DNA of 44,567 nt from Candidatus Micrarchaeota archaeon. GTDB lineage: Archaea > Micrarchaeota > Micrarchaeia > Anstonellales > Bilamarchaeaceae. Where the stretch lies: positions 1 to 44,567 of the forward strand of contig JBDRIM010000085.1 in the NCBI GenBank assembly GCA_043816005.1, in the 5' to 3' direction. The notes beneath the pieces were generated by a model. It was not told the origin of the DNA. It did not search any database and was given only the letters and a program-made list of their open reading frames with translations. Below, piece after piece: positions 27,849-36,814 of the stretch (its first letter is position 1; the number at the start of each line of letters is the position of its first letter). The position numbers and the translations under genes are program-made.

Positions 27849-28970
27849 ATGAGTGAAACTATGCACTTAAAAGACGAGTTTACTCGGTTGACTATAATAT
27901 TTGTCCTTTGGAATATCGGATTAGCACTAGCTGGTTCAGTTCTTTTTCCAGCTTTTGTTGATATGGGCTTCACTATAGAAAACATGCTTCTTTTTGGCAC
28001 ACTTTGTTTTCTATTTCCACTTATTCTGCTTTTATTTTTTAGAGATTATACTTCGAAAATTGCAATGCCACTTGGTATTCTTTCTGTTGCTTTGGCGTAT
28101 TCAGCACTTGTTCTTATAGGTGGATTTACAGGAGTAATTTTACTGTATGTAATTGGTGCATTTTCATTCTTTTTGTTTTGGGTTCCATTTAACGCATTTT
28201 GGTTCGATCTCAAGAATAAAAAAACTGCTGGTCATGGTACTATTTACAATGCAATAATGACTATTATTAGTCTTGCAATGCCTGCTTTTTCAGGTTTTAT
28301 AGCACAACAATTTGGGTTTGATTTGGTTTTTACGATAACAATAATGATATTAGTTTTTGCTGCAATCGTGGCAATAAAATTAGCACCAGAAAAAAAAGTT
28401 TCAATTAATTTTTCTAAAAGTTTAAGGGTTTTAAATGGTTTTAGAACACTTTTCTTTTTGGAAGGCATTCACCATATTGCAGCAGTATTTATCCTAGTAA
28501 TTATCACAATCCAATACTTTCCAAAACCCGCAGAGTTCGGCCTTTTCATGTCACTTGCCACCATATTATCTGTTTTCTCCGCTTTCTTTCTCTCAAAACT
28601 ATCTGATGCTACTGGGCACAGAAATAAATTCATTTTTTTCTCTGCACTTGGTATTGCATTTTCTACTGTTTTTGCAGCGTTTGCAGATAATCTAGTTATG
28701 TGGTTTATTGCAGTTTCTCTGGTAAATTTTTTCAGAGTAATATTTTTTCCATTTCCACTTGCTCTCATGCTTGATAAAAAGAAGAATAGTCTCGAATTAA
28801 TGTATTCACGTGAGATATTTCTTAATCTCGGAAGAAGTTTTGGAGGAATAGTATCACTCATCTTATATCTTTTTACTGGAAACCTTACTCTCCCATTGCT
28901 TTTTACAGGACTATCTATGTTTGCATACGCAGGAATTTTTGAGTTTATAAAATCTAAGAAGATAGGCTAA
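27849..28970 (+). CDS. MFS transporter
   Basis: About 12 TM helices; SKLSDATGHRNK motif-A-like loop. Confidence 0.85.
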   Translation: MSETMHLKDEFTRLTIIFVLWNIGLALAGSVLFPAFVDMGFTIENMLLFGTLCFLFPLILLLFFRDYTSKIAMPLGILSVALAYSALVLIGGFTGVILLYVIGAFSFFLFWVPFNAFWFDLKNKKTAGHGTIYNAIMTIISLAMPAFSGFIAQQFGFDLVFTITIMILVFAAIVAIKLAPEKKVSINFSKSLRVLNGFRTLFFLEGIHHIAAVFILVIITIQYFPKPAEFGLFMSLATILSVFSAFFLSKLSDATGHRNKFIFFSALGIAFSTVFAAFADNLVMWFIAVSLVNFFRVIFFPFPLALMLDKKKNSLELMYSREIFLNLGRSFGGIVSLILYLFTGNLTLPLLFTGLSMFAYAGIFEFIKSKKIG

Positions 28971-29578
28971 CTGTGATGTTTTACAGCCAGAATCGTCATT
29001 CCTTCCTTCAATACAACGTCTGGTTTCGGCTGTATAAACTTTTCATCCTCATAAATTGATATTATGACATAATTCTTTTTCTCAGAAATATCAGCAACTG
29101 TTTTTTCTTTTATACTATTGTCTACTTCTCTTTCGAATATTTCTACCTTTGAATATTTTGGATCAAGCAATTTTGTTATTTTTGGACTCAATACCATGTT
29201 TGCGAGTTCTCTTGCCAAAGTTATTTCAGGTATCAGAGGTTCAACTCCAAGTCTTTCCATCAAAACGGAATATTTTGCCTCAGAAGCTCTCGATACGACT
29301 TTCTTTGCATTCATATGCTTTGCATATACTGAAACAAGAAAATTTGTTTCTTCATTTCCAGTTACTGCAAATACAAAATCTGTTTCACCGAGTTTCAATT
29401 CTTCCAAAAGCGTTGGATCTGCAATATCCCCACAAACAACAGTTGCATTACTCTCTGCAGCTATCTCATCACATGCACTTCTATCAGAATCAACCATAGT
29501 TACTTTGTGTTTTTTTTCATTTAGTGTTTGAAGAAGTGCCCTACCAACTCGTCCGCCTCCAAATATAACAATTTTCAT
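28967..29578 (-). CDS. trkA: Trk potassium uptake NAD-binding subunit
   Basis: IVIFGGGRVG, GDIADP, AVTGNEETN, RCK-C tail. Confidence 0.92.
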   Translation of the reverse strand: MKIVIFGGGRVGRALLQTLNEKKHKVTMVDSDRSACDEIAAESNATVVCGDIADPTLLEELKLGETDFVFAVTGNEETNFLVSVYAKHMNAKKVVSRASEAKYSVLMERLGVEPLIPEITLARELANMVLSPKITKLLDPKYSKVEIFEREVDNSIKEKTVADISEKKNYVIISIYEDEKFIQPKPDVVLKEGMTILAVKHHS

Positions 29579-29579
29579 T

Positions 29580-31034
29580 TCATCTCCTCATTAAATAGCC
29601 TATCAGAGCTAGGCATGGAAATATTTCTATTCTACCTAAATACATCAATCCTATTAAAAGTATCTTACTTCCAACCCCGAGGATCGGAACATTCAATGTT
29701 GCAAGTCCAACATTTCCCATTGCAGAAGCAACCATAAAAAGTGAATTTTGAAGGGTGTAATTAGCTGTGAGTAAAATTCCTGCACTGAAGAGGAACAAGA
29801 ATAAATATGCAAATACAAACGTGGCACTTTCAACTATCATACTATCATTTATGGGGAGGTTGTTTATCTTTACTCTCTGCACTGTTCCATGAGGCAAAAA
29901 TGTTTCTTTCACCTGTATTACCATTGCCTTTAAAATAACTAAAATACGCCAGAGTTTGATTCCACCAGTTGTTGATCCAACCATACCTCCGCAAAGCATC
30001 ATCAATATCAATACATACATAGCAAAGGTGTGTAGAATTCCAAGATCACCTATTCCGAATCCACCAGTTGCAATGGCAGATATCCCATTCAATATGCTAT
30101 TGAATATGTCTTCCTTTCCAATGGCTATTATCATAATCACTGCAAGTATAATCACAAAAACATATAGAACAAATTCCTCATCCAATAATGCCCTATCAAT
30201 AGCACCATGCCATATACTCCTGTAAAATAAGAAACTCGTTGCCCCAGCAAACATTAGCATAGCAAGGACCATTTTTTGCAATGCACTAAGATCATAACTG
30301 TCAAAAGGGAAAAATCCACCATTTGATAATCCACTGAAGGCTAAATTTACTGCATTGAAAACATCAAATCCGCTTGCCATAAGGAAGAGAATGCCCAAGA
30401 TTGTTAATACAATATAAACTTTGAATGTGACCTCAACCGTTTTTCCTATCCCAAGTTCCATACTCTGTCTTCCTTCTGCTTTCAGGAAACTAATCGCTTC
30501 CTTTCCTCTAAAAGTGCTTAATATGAGTATTATGATCCCAAGCCCGCCTATCCACTGGGTTATGCTTCTAAAGAGTATTATACTCTGGGGCAAAACCGTT
30601 ACTGTCTCGAGAGCAGTAAGACCTGTCGATGTCCATCCAGATGCGCTTTCAAAAAATGCATCTAATGGAGCTATACCATACCACAAATACGGTATCATTG
30701 AAATTACTGGTACTATGATCCAAGCCAAAGAAGTTATGGCAAGTACTTCTCCCAAGGTCAATATTTCGACTTTCTTTCTCATCATATCCATATTGACTAT
30801 TTTGGCATAATTGAACGGTGTATCTGGGTTAAGTATTGACATTATGAAGTTGTAAATATTTTTTGCTACTCCGATGATCATTTGTGGCACTGCAGGTAGT
30901 GCTAGTATAGTTATTGTTATGCCTATTGGTATCCATCCCCCATCACCTATAATAAGACTAAATATGAATGGGATAACTAACAATATGGAAGCATAGAATG
31001 CAACTGCTGCTAGTTTGTCAAGGAAATTAGACAT
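29580..31034 (-). CDS. trkH: Trk potassium uptake membrane subunit
   Basis: FESASGWTSTG, QWIGGLG, GSTTGGIK, SAMGNVG, MYLGRIEI. Confidence 0.93.
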   Translation of the reverse strand: MSNFLDKLAAVAFYASILLVIPFIFSLIIGDGGWIPIGITITILALPAVPQMIIGVAKNIYNFIMSILNPDTPFNYAKIVNMDMMRKKVEILTLGEVLAITSLAWIIVPVISMIPYLWYGIAPLDAFFESASGWTSTGLTALETVTVLPQSIILFRSITQWIGGLGIIILILSTFRGKEAISFLKAEGRQSMELGIGKTVEVTFKVYIVLTILGILFLMASGFDVFNAVNLAFSGLSNGGFFPFDSYDLSALQKMVLAMLMFAGATSFLFYRSIWHGAIDRALLDEEFVLYVFVIILAVIMIIAIGKEDIFNSILNGISAIATGGFGIGDLGILHTFAMYVLILMMLCGGMVGSTTGGIKLWRILVILKAMVIQVKETFLPHGTVQRVKINNLPINDSMIVESATFVFAYLFLFLFSAGILLTANYTLQNSLFMVASAMGNVGLATLNVPILGVGSKILLIGLMYLGRIEIFPCLALIGYLMRR

Positions 31035-31126
31035 TATACACCTTCAATATACTCTAGAGTATTATAGTTTTATCTTTTGGCTTTTTGTTCAATAACCATT
31101 ATTAATCAAATCAGAGATAGTTTATC

Positions 31127-31516
31127 ATGAAGATTGAAAAAACCAAACTTGATTCTAAAGGGAGGGCTCTTATTCCAAAAGAATTCCGAGAATCCATTAA
31201 CCTACGAGAGGGAGATCCAATATTTGTTTCTCTGAACGAAAAAAATCGCACTATTATCTTGAGCCAGTATTCTGAAAGTGACCTATATCAGCTTTTTATA
31301 ACCATGTCTGATAAACCTGGAACCTTGGCATGGCTTGCCTCAGTGCTTTTTGAAAATAAATTCGATATTATAGTTACGGAATCCCATGCTGTACTTAGAA
31401 CAAAGGGGGCATTCTGGAGAGTTATTGGTACTTTCAAAGGGCCGCACGATAAACAAAAACTAAAAAAAGAGCTTTTGAAAAACGGTGCTAGCGAAGTAAC
31501 TATAACCAAATTATAA
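31127..31516 (+). CDS. AbrB/MazE/MraZ-type DNA-binding domain fused to an ACT domain (putative amino-acid-sensing regulator)
   Basis: KLDSKGRALIPKEFRESINLREGD followed by MSDKPGTLA..ASVL ACT motif. Confidence 0.85.
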   Translation: MKIEKTKLDSKGRALIPKEFRESINLREGDPIFVSLNEKNRTIILSQYSESDLYQLFITMSDKPGTLAWLASVLFENKFDIIVTESHAVLRTKGAFWRVIGTFKGPHDKQKLKKELLKNGASEVTITKL

Positions 31517-31530
31517 CATTGTTGACAACA

Positions 31531-31591
31531 AAAAGCAAACCTTTTTAAACTGTACCATGCACATTACAAGTGGGAAAAAAGTGGGATTTAC
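31531..31591 (+). promoter_or_regulatory. his operon promoter (BRE/TATA) with GTGGGA direct repeats
   Basis: AAAAGCAAAC-CTTTTTAAA at 31531-31549; GTGGGA at 31570 and 31581. Confidence 0.6.
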
Positions 31592-31615
31592 ATTAATTGA
31601 AAAAAGGTGAATGGG

Positions 31616-31690
31616 ATGGAAGATAAGGTGAAATTGGAATGGGATTTACTTCACATCCAGTTCAACAAATGCGATTCGGATTCTCAATAA
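31616..31690 (+). CDS. 24-codon his leader ORF (MEDKVKLEWDLLHIQFNKCDSDSQ), candidate frameshift entry into hisD
   Basis: AGGTGA SD at 31605-31610, 5 nt before the ATG; CTT-CAC at 31649-31654. Confidence 0.45.
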   Translation: MEDKVKLEWDLLHIQFNKCDSDSQ

Positions 31691-31706
31691 AGGCGAAATT
31701 TCTAGA

Positions 31707-32963
31707 TTGAAAGTTAGGAACAGTTCTTCATTATCTACACAAGTTCGTTCAATAGTTGCTGATATGGATAAACGAGGTTTTGATGCGATTATCAATTATT
31801 CTCAGAAATTTGACAAATTTAATCTTTCCAAAACAAATATTCTGATTTCTACTGCTGAGATCGAGAAACAATCTACAAAGCTCACATCAAACCAACGACG
31901 GGCTATTGATTTTGCATATGCACAAGTACAACTATTCCAAGAACAAATAGCAAGGTCCATAGAAAAAATATCTACCAAATCCGAATTCGGTGTCACTAAT
32001 TATGTACCAAAACCCATGAACCGGATTGGTATTTATGTTCCTGGTGGTCTAGCTCCATTACCGTCTTCTCTTCTTATGGCCGGTATAAGTGCAAAAACAG
32101 CAGGCGTAGAAAATTTGATCGTATGCACCCCCCCAAGATCCGAAGGTCTAAATCCAGCAATCGCATATCTTTTGTTAAAATTGGGGGTTTCTGATGCGTT
32201 TTGGTTGGGTGGTGTAGCTGCGATTTGGTTTATGGCAAATGGGATGACTGACATATCTACTCCAGTCGACAAAATCTGTGGTCCTGGTAATTCTTATGTT
32301 GCCGAAGCAAAAAGTCAGTTTGCCCAATCAGGAAAAATAGCAATTGATATGATTGCAGGACCAAGCGAAGTACTTATTATTGCTGATGAAAGTGCAAATC
32401 CTGTTTTTATAGCTGCAGATCTGATTGCCCAAGCCGAACACGGCATTAATTCATCTGCAATCTTAGTAACTGACTCGAGTGAATTAGCAGCATCTGTACA
32501 GACAAAAGTGGACTGCCAACTCGAAAATATGAAAAGAAAAAACGAGATAAAAAAAGCACTGAAGAATTGCGGGGGAATTTTTATAGCCCAAGATCTTCTA
32601 GAAGAAGGCATTTCCATTACAAATCAATTTGCGCCAGAACACTTGGAAATTTTCTGTAAAAAAGATTTGGAATCCCAATTTCTAACTAAAAACCTCTGTG
32701 CAGGTGCAATATTCGTAAGAACTGGCGAGGCATTTGCAGATTACGGTATGACAGGAGGAAATCACATTCTACCTACAAATGGTACTTCAAGGTTTTCTTC
32801 TGGCCTGTCAGTACGTGATTTTTTCGTCTGGCAATATGTTGAGGAGCTTAGCGAGGCAGGACAGTGCAAGTTTGCCGATATGGCTGCGTGTTTTGCTGAT
32901 TTAGAATCATTGGAAGGTCACGCAAATGCTGCGCGAGTTAGGTCAAAGGAGGTGGAAAAATGA
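31707..32963 (+). CDS. hisD: Histidinol dehydrogenase (true start uncertain; frame is open from 31632)
   Basis: GIYVPGG, DKICGPGNSYV, DMIAGPSE, QAEHG, APEHLE, NHILPT. Confidence 0.95.
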   Translation: MKVRNSSSLSTQVRSIVADMDKRGFDAIINYSQKFDKFNLSKTNILISTAEIEKQSTKLTSNQRRAIDFAYAQVQLFQEQIARSIEKISTKSEFGVTNYVPKPMNRIGIYVPGGLAPLPSSLLMAGISAKTAGVENLIVCTPPRSEGLNPAIAYLLLKLGVSDAFWLGGVAAIWFMANGMTDISTPVDKICGPGNSYVAEAKSQFAQSGKIAIDMIAGPSEVLIIADESANPVFIAADLIAQAEHGINSSAILVTDSSELAASVQTKVDCQLENMKRKNEIKKALKNCGGIFIAQDLLEEGISITNQFAPEHLEIFCKKDLESQFLTKNLCAGAIFVRTGEAFADYGMTGGNHILPTNGTSRFSSGLSVRDFFVWQYVEELSEAGQCKFADMAACFADLESLEGHANAARVRSKEVEK

Positions 32964-34645
32964 TCAGTCCAAACAAAGGAATTGTAGAAATGCGTTCATA
33001 CCAATCACCAGCTATCATTGAGTCAGAGGTTAAACTGAATCAAAACGAATCACCATATAATTTACCCTCTGAAATAGTTCAAAAGTTTAACGAACGAATG
33101 ACCAAAATAAAATTCAACAGATATCCTGATGGTAGTTCAACACAACTCAAAAAAACTATTGCGAAAAAATTCTCTGTTTCACCAGATCAAGTGATGGTTG
33201 GAGCTGGTATAGACGAGCTTCTTTATTATCTGATGATTGCTTTTTTGAACAATGGCGACAAAGTAGTGCGACCGGTTCCAAGTTTTGCCATGTATGAAAT
33301 CTGCTCAAAGATTTTCAATGCAATAGATAAACCTGTAATGTTAAGTGAAGATTTTGAACTGACAGAAGAGTTTGTTACAGAATCAAAAAATGCAAAAATA
33401 GTTTTCATATGCAGACCAAATAATCCAACTTCAAATTCATTCAACAAAAAAACTATTGAAAGAGTGATAAAAACTACAACTGGATTAGTATGTATAGATG
33501 AAGCATATGTAGAATTTACAAGTGATGATTGCCTAGACTTCCTCAAATATGAAAATGTCATCATCATGCGTACTTTTTCCAAAGCGTATTCATGTGCTGG
33601 GGTAAGACTAGGGTATGCAATTTCAAATCAAGCAATAATTGAGTGTATGAACAAAGTGAAGTTGCCGTGGAATCTATCTGCAATGCAACAGGTCCTCGGT
33701 GAACTAATAATTGAAAATGACCGTGTTTTCTCATTAATGGTTGCAGAAATCAAATCTGCAAAAAATGACCTTCTCAAAGAAATGGAGCAAATCGTTCCTG
33801 TTTTACCTTCAGACAGTAATTTCATAGTTTTCAAAGTTGAAAACCCATTAGAAGTTTTCAACAAACTACTTGCAAAAGGAGTTTTAGTAAGAAACATCAG
33901 CCAATATCCAAAACTCGATAAATATCTCCGTGTATCAGTTGGCACAAAAGAAGAAAACCAGCGTTTTGTTACGGCACTTCGTGAATGTATTCTTCCAAAA
34001 CAAGATGGCATTATTTTTGATGTCGATGGTGTTCTTGTTGATGTAACTCAATCCTATCGTGAAGCAATAAAACAAACTGTCAAAGCAATTGGCGGAATTG
34101 AAGTCAGCAATAAAGACATAGAAAAAATCAAACAAAAACCCAATTCGAATAATGATTGGGATGTGTGTTATGCACTTGTCTATGGCATTGACAATCTCAA
34201 ATCAGTTGATCGTTCAAGCAAATCTTACTTAGAACTCAAAGAAAAATTCCAAGAAATATACCTTGGAAATCTTAGGGGTTTTGAAACTTCTCTTATCGAT
34301 GTTACACTTCTTCAAAAACTTGTTTCGGATGGATATAAACTCGGAATAGTTACGAGCCGTCCACGTGCAGAAGCACTTTATGTTTTGGACAGATTAATGC
34401 CTGGTATTTTTGATCCAAACTGCATTATAGCACTTGAAGATTGCAGCAAAGAAAAACCAAATCCAAAACCTCTTCTTCTTGCAAAAAAACGAATATGTTG
34501 TCCAAATGCATTTTACGTTGGTGACACAATAAACGATGCACTTGCTGCAAAAGCAGCTGGGATGAAATTTGTTTCAGTTACTGCTGGACTTCAAGGAGAT
34601 TTCAATATTTCAAATATTAACGAGATAAAAAAGGTGCTAATATGA
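32960..34645 (+). CDS. hisC: Histidinol-phosphate aminotransferase fused to a C-terminal HAD hydrolase (putative histidinol-phosphatase)
   Basis: KLNQNESP, NRYPD, PNNPT, DEAY, RTFSKAY, RLGY; then FDVDGVLVD, VTSRP, KPNP, VGDTIND. Confidence 0.93.
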   Translation: MISPNKGIVEMRSYQSPAIIESEVKLNQNESPYNLPSEIVQKFNERMTKIKFNRYPDGSSTQLKKTIAKKFSVSPDQVMVGAGIDELLYYLMIAFLNNGDKVVRPVPSFAMYEICSKIFNAIDKPVMLSEDFELTEEFVTESKNAKIVFICRPNNPTSNSFNKKTIERVIKTTTGLVCIDEAYVEFTSDDCLDFLKYENVIIMRTFSKAYSCAGVRLGYAISNQAIIECMNKVKLPWNLSAMQQVLGELIIENDRVFSLMVAEIKSAKNDLLKEMEQIVPVLPSDSNFIVFKVENPLEVFNKLLAKGVLVRNISQYPKLDKYLRVSVGTKEENQRFVTALRECILPKQDGIIFDVDGVLVDVTQSYREAIKQTVKAIGGIEVSNKDIEKIKQKPNSNNDWDVCYALVYGIDNLKSVDRSSKSYLELKEKFQEIYLGNLRGFETSLIDVTLLQKLVSDGYKLGIVTSRPRAEALYVLDRLMPGIFDPNCIIALEDCSKEKPNPKPLLLAKKRICCPNAFYVGDTINDALAAKAAGMKFVSVTAGLQGDFNISNINEIKKVLI

Positions 34646-35265
34646 GAACTGCAATTGAAAAAAGAAAAACCAATGAAACTGAAATTTTTGTCAAGCTAAA
34701 TCTTGACGGAACTGGAAAATCAATTATTGTCAGTGATATTGGTTTCTTCAATCACATGCTCTCAGTGCTTTCCAAATACTCCATGATTGATATGGAAATT
34801 TCAGCAAAAGGAGATCTGGAAACTGGTACACACCACACAATCGAGGATATAGGTATCGTTCTTGGTACAGCCATAGCCAAAGCACTTGGCGAGAGAAAAG
34901 GAATTTCGCGTGCAGGGTGGTGCGAGTTCCGTTATATGATGGATGATGCCATTGCAGAATCAATCGTCGATCTTTCTGGTCGTGGCAGATTGATTTTCGA
35001 AGGAAAAGATGGTTTGCCACTTAACTACAGTAACGAAATGATTGGCGCAGGATCAAGCAAAATTGCATCAGAGGATATCCAGGAATTTTTTTGGGCTATG
35101 GTATCAAATATGAAGGCAAACATTGCAATTCGGCTAACAAAGTCTGGCAATTCTCATCATGAAATCGAAGCAACTTTCAAGGCATTTGGCAAGGCGCTTC
35201 GAATGGCAGTTGAAAATGATAGAAGAACAAAGGGAGAAGTTCCAAGTACAAAAGGAGTGATATAA
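34642..35265 (+). CDS. hisB: Imidazoleglycerol-phosphate dehydratase
   Basis: RKTNET, FFNHML, HHTIED, NSHHEIEA, PSTKG. Confidence 0.96.
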   Translation: MRTAIEKRKTNETEIFVKLNLDGTGKSIIVSDIGFFNHMLSVLSKYSMIDMEISAKGDLETGTHHTIEDIGIVLGTAIAKALGERKGISRAGWCEFRYMMDDAIAESIVDLSGRGRLIFEGKDGLPLNYSNEMIGAGSSKIASEDIQEFFWAMVSNMKANIAIRLTKSGNSHHEIEATFKAFGKALRMAVENDRRTKGEVPSTKGVI

Positions 35266-35348
35266 AAGGAGATTAGAAAAGGACCGATTGAACGAAGTTC
35301 AATGGTCCATAAAACGTTGCGACGTTTTATCGGACATTGGTCCTTTTC
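35266..35348 (+). repeat. Family B palindrome with nested hairpins, inside the his operon
   Basis: AAGGAGATTA-GAAAAGGAC...GTCCTTTTC; 33 bp identical (inverted) to 11005-11037. Confidence 0.75.
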
Positions 35349-35359
35349 AGGTGATAAAC

Positions 35360-36214
35360 ATGATAAAATTAGCAATTCCAAACAAAGGAAGACTGAATCC
35401 AGAAGTAGTCAAATTACTGGAAAAAATAGGTCTGGAGATACCTGAAAACGGGCGTAAGCTTTATGCAAATACCAACAATCCAAACATCCAGATAATTTAT
35501 GCAAGGGCAGCAGATATCCCACTTTATGTGCAATCTGGTGCAGCAGATATTGGTATAAGTGGAGAGGATATGGTATCAGAAAGCAATGCAGACGTTAAAA
35601 TTTTGCTTAAATTAAATTTTGGTATCTGCAAGGTTGTTGTAGCAGCTCCAATCTCTTCAAGGATAAAATCAAACAAAGATTACAGTAACGGGATCAAAGT
35701 TGCAACAAAACTACCAAATATAACAAAAGAATATTTTGCCAAATTAAATGTGGACTGTCAGATAGTTCGTGTTGCAGGTGCAACAGAACTTGCACCATAC
35801 TTAAACATAGCAGATGTTATCGTCGACCAAATAAGTACTGGCACAACCCTTGCACAAAACAATCTCACTGTTGTTGATGACATTCTAGAATCAAATCAAT
35901 GTCTCATGGTCAATAAAAAAAGTATTCTTGAAAAAGAAGACGAAATCAGTAGTCTTGCACTTTCTATAGAAAGTGTAACAACTGCAGAAACAAAACGTTA
36001 CGTGATGGCGAATGTTCCAAACAAAGAGACGCTGGACTCTGTCATCCAAGTAATGCCTGCAATGAACAGTCCAACAATACTAAATCTTGCGAATGGTGGA
36101 TTCTCACTCCACAGTGTTGTTGACAGCCAGAATCTTATCACCATAATCGGCAAAATCAAGAAAGCAGGAGCAAGGGATATTCTTGTAATGAATATGTCAC
36201 GGGTGGTCGAATGA
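35360..36214 (+). CDS. hisG: ATP phosphoribosyltransferase (long form)
   Basis: LAIPNKGRL, RAADIP, ADIGISGED, GATELAP, STGTTL, C-terminal regulatory domain. Confidence 0.96.
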   Translation: MIKLAIPNKGRLNPEVVKLLEKIGLEIPENGRKLYANTNNPNIQIIYARAADIPLYVQSGAADIGISGEDMVSESNADVKILLKLNFGICKVVVAAPISSRIKSNKDYSNGIKVATKLPNITKEYFAKLNVDCQIVRVAGATELAPYLNIADVIVDQISTGTTLAQNNLTVVDDILESNQCLMVNKKSILEKEDEISSLALSIESVTTAETKRYVMANVPNKETLDSVIQVMPAMNSPTILNLANGGFSLHSVVDSQNLITIIGKIKKAGARDILVMNMSRVVE

Positions 36215-36798
36215 TTGCAATTGTAGATTATGGTGCTGGTAACATTGCAAGTGTGAAAAATGCACTGGACAAGCTTGGTGTAACCTCAGTTGTAACTAGA
36301 GACCAAAAAATTTGGAATGATTCAGAAGGCATTATCTTCCCAGGAGTTGGTTCATTTGGGAGTGCAATGAAACAACTTGACCAAAATTCATTGGTAGATT
36401 CTATTCGAGAAAAACCATTCCTCGGAATCTGTCTTGGCATGCAGCTTTTGTTTGAAAAAAGCGAAGAGAGCCAAAATACAAGTGGTTTGTGTCTGTTCAA
36501 AGGAAAAGTAAAAAAATTCAAATGCAGTCTGCCGGTACCACACACTGGCTGGAACAAAGTCATAGTTTCAGATTCACCACTTTTCAATGGCATCAATGAT
36601 TTCTACGCATATTTTGTTCACTCGTACTATTGCGATCCAATTGACAAAAATTGCGTTATCGGTTCTACTGTTTATGGGAAAAAATTTCCATCTGCAGTTT
36701 CTAAAGGAAACATATATGCAACTCAATTCCACCCAGAAAAAAGTGGTGAAATTGGATTAAGTGTTCTAAAAAATTTTCTAACCGAAGTCAAAAAATAA
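36211..36798 (+). CDS. hisH: IGP synthase glutaminase subunit
   Basis: DYGAGN, PGVGSF, GICLGMQ, YFVHSY, QFHPEKS. Confidence 0.97.
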   Translation: MIAIVDYGAGNIASVKNALDKLGVTSVVTRDQKIWNDSEGIIFPGVGSFGSAMKQLDQNSLVDSIREKPFLGICLGMQLLFEKSEESQNTSGLCLFKGKVKKFKCSLPVPHTGWNKVIVSDSPLFNGINDFYAYFVHSYYCDPIDKNCVIGSTVYGKKFPSAVSKGNIYATQFHPEKSGEIGLSVLKNFLTEVKK

Positions 36799-36814
36799 AA
36801 CGGAGGGTGAAAAA

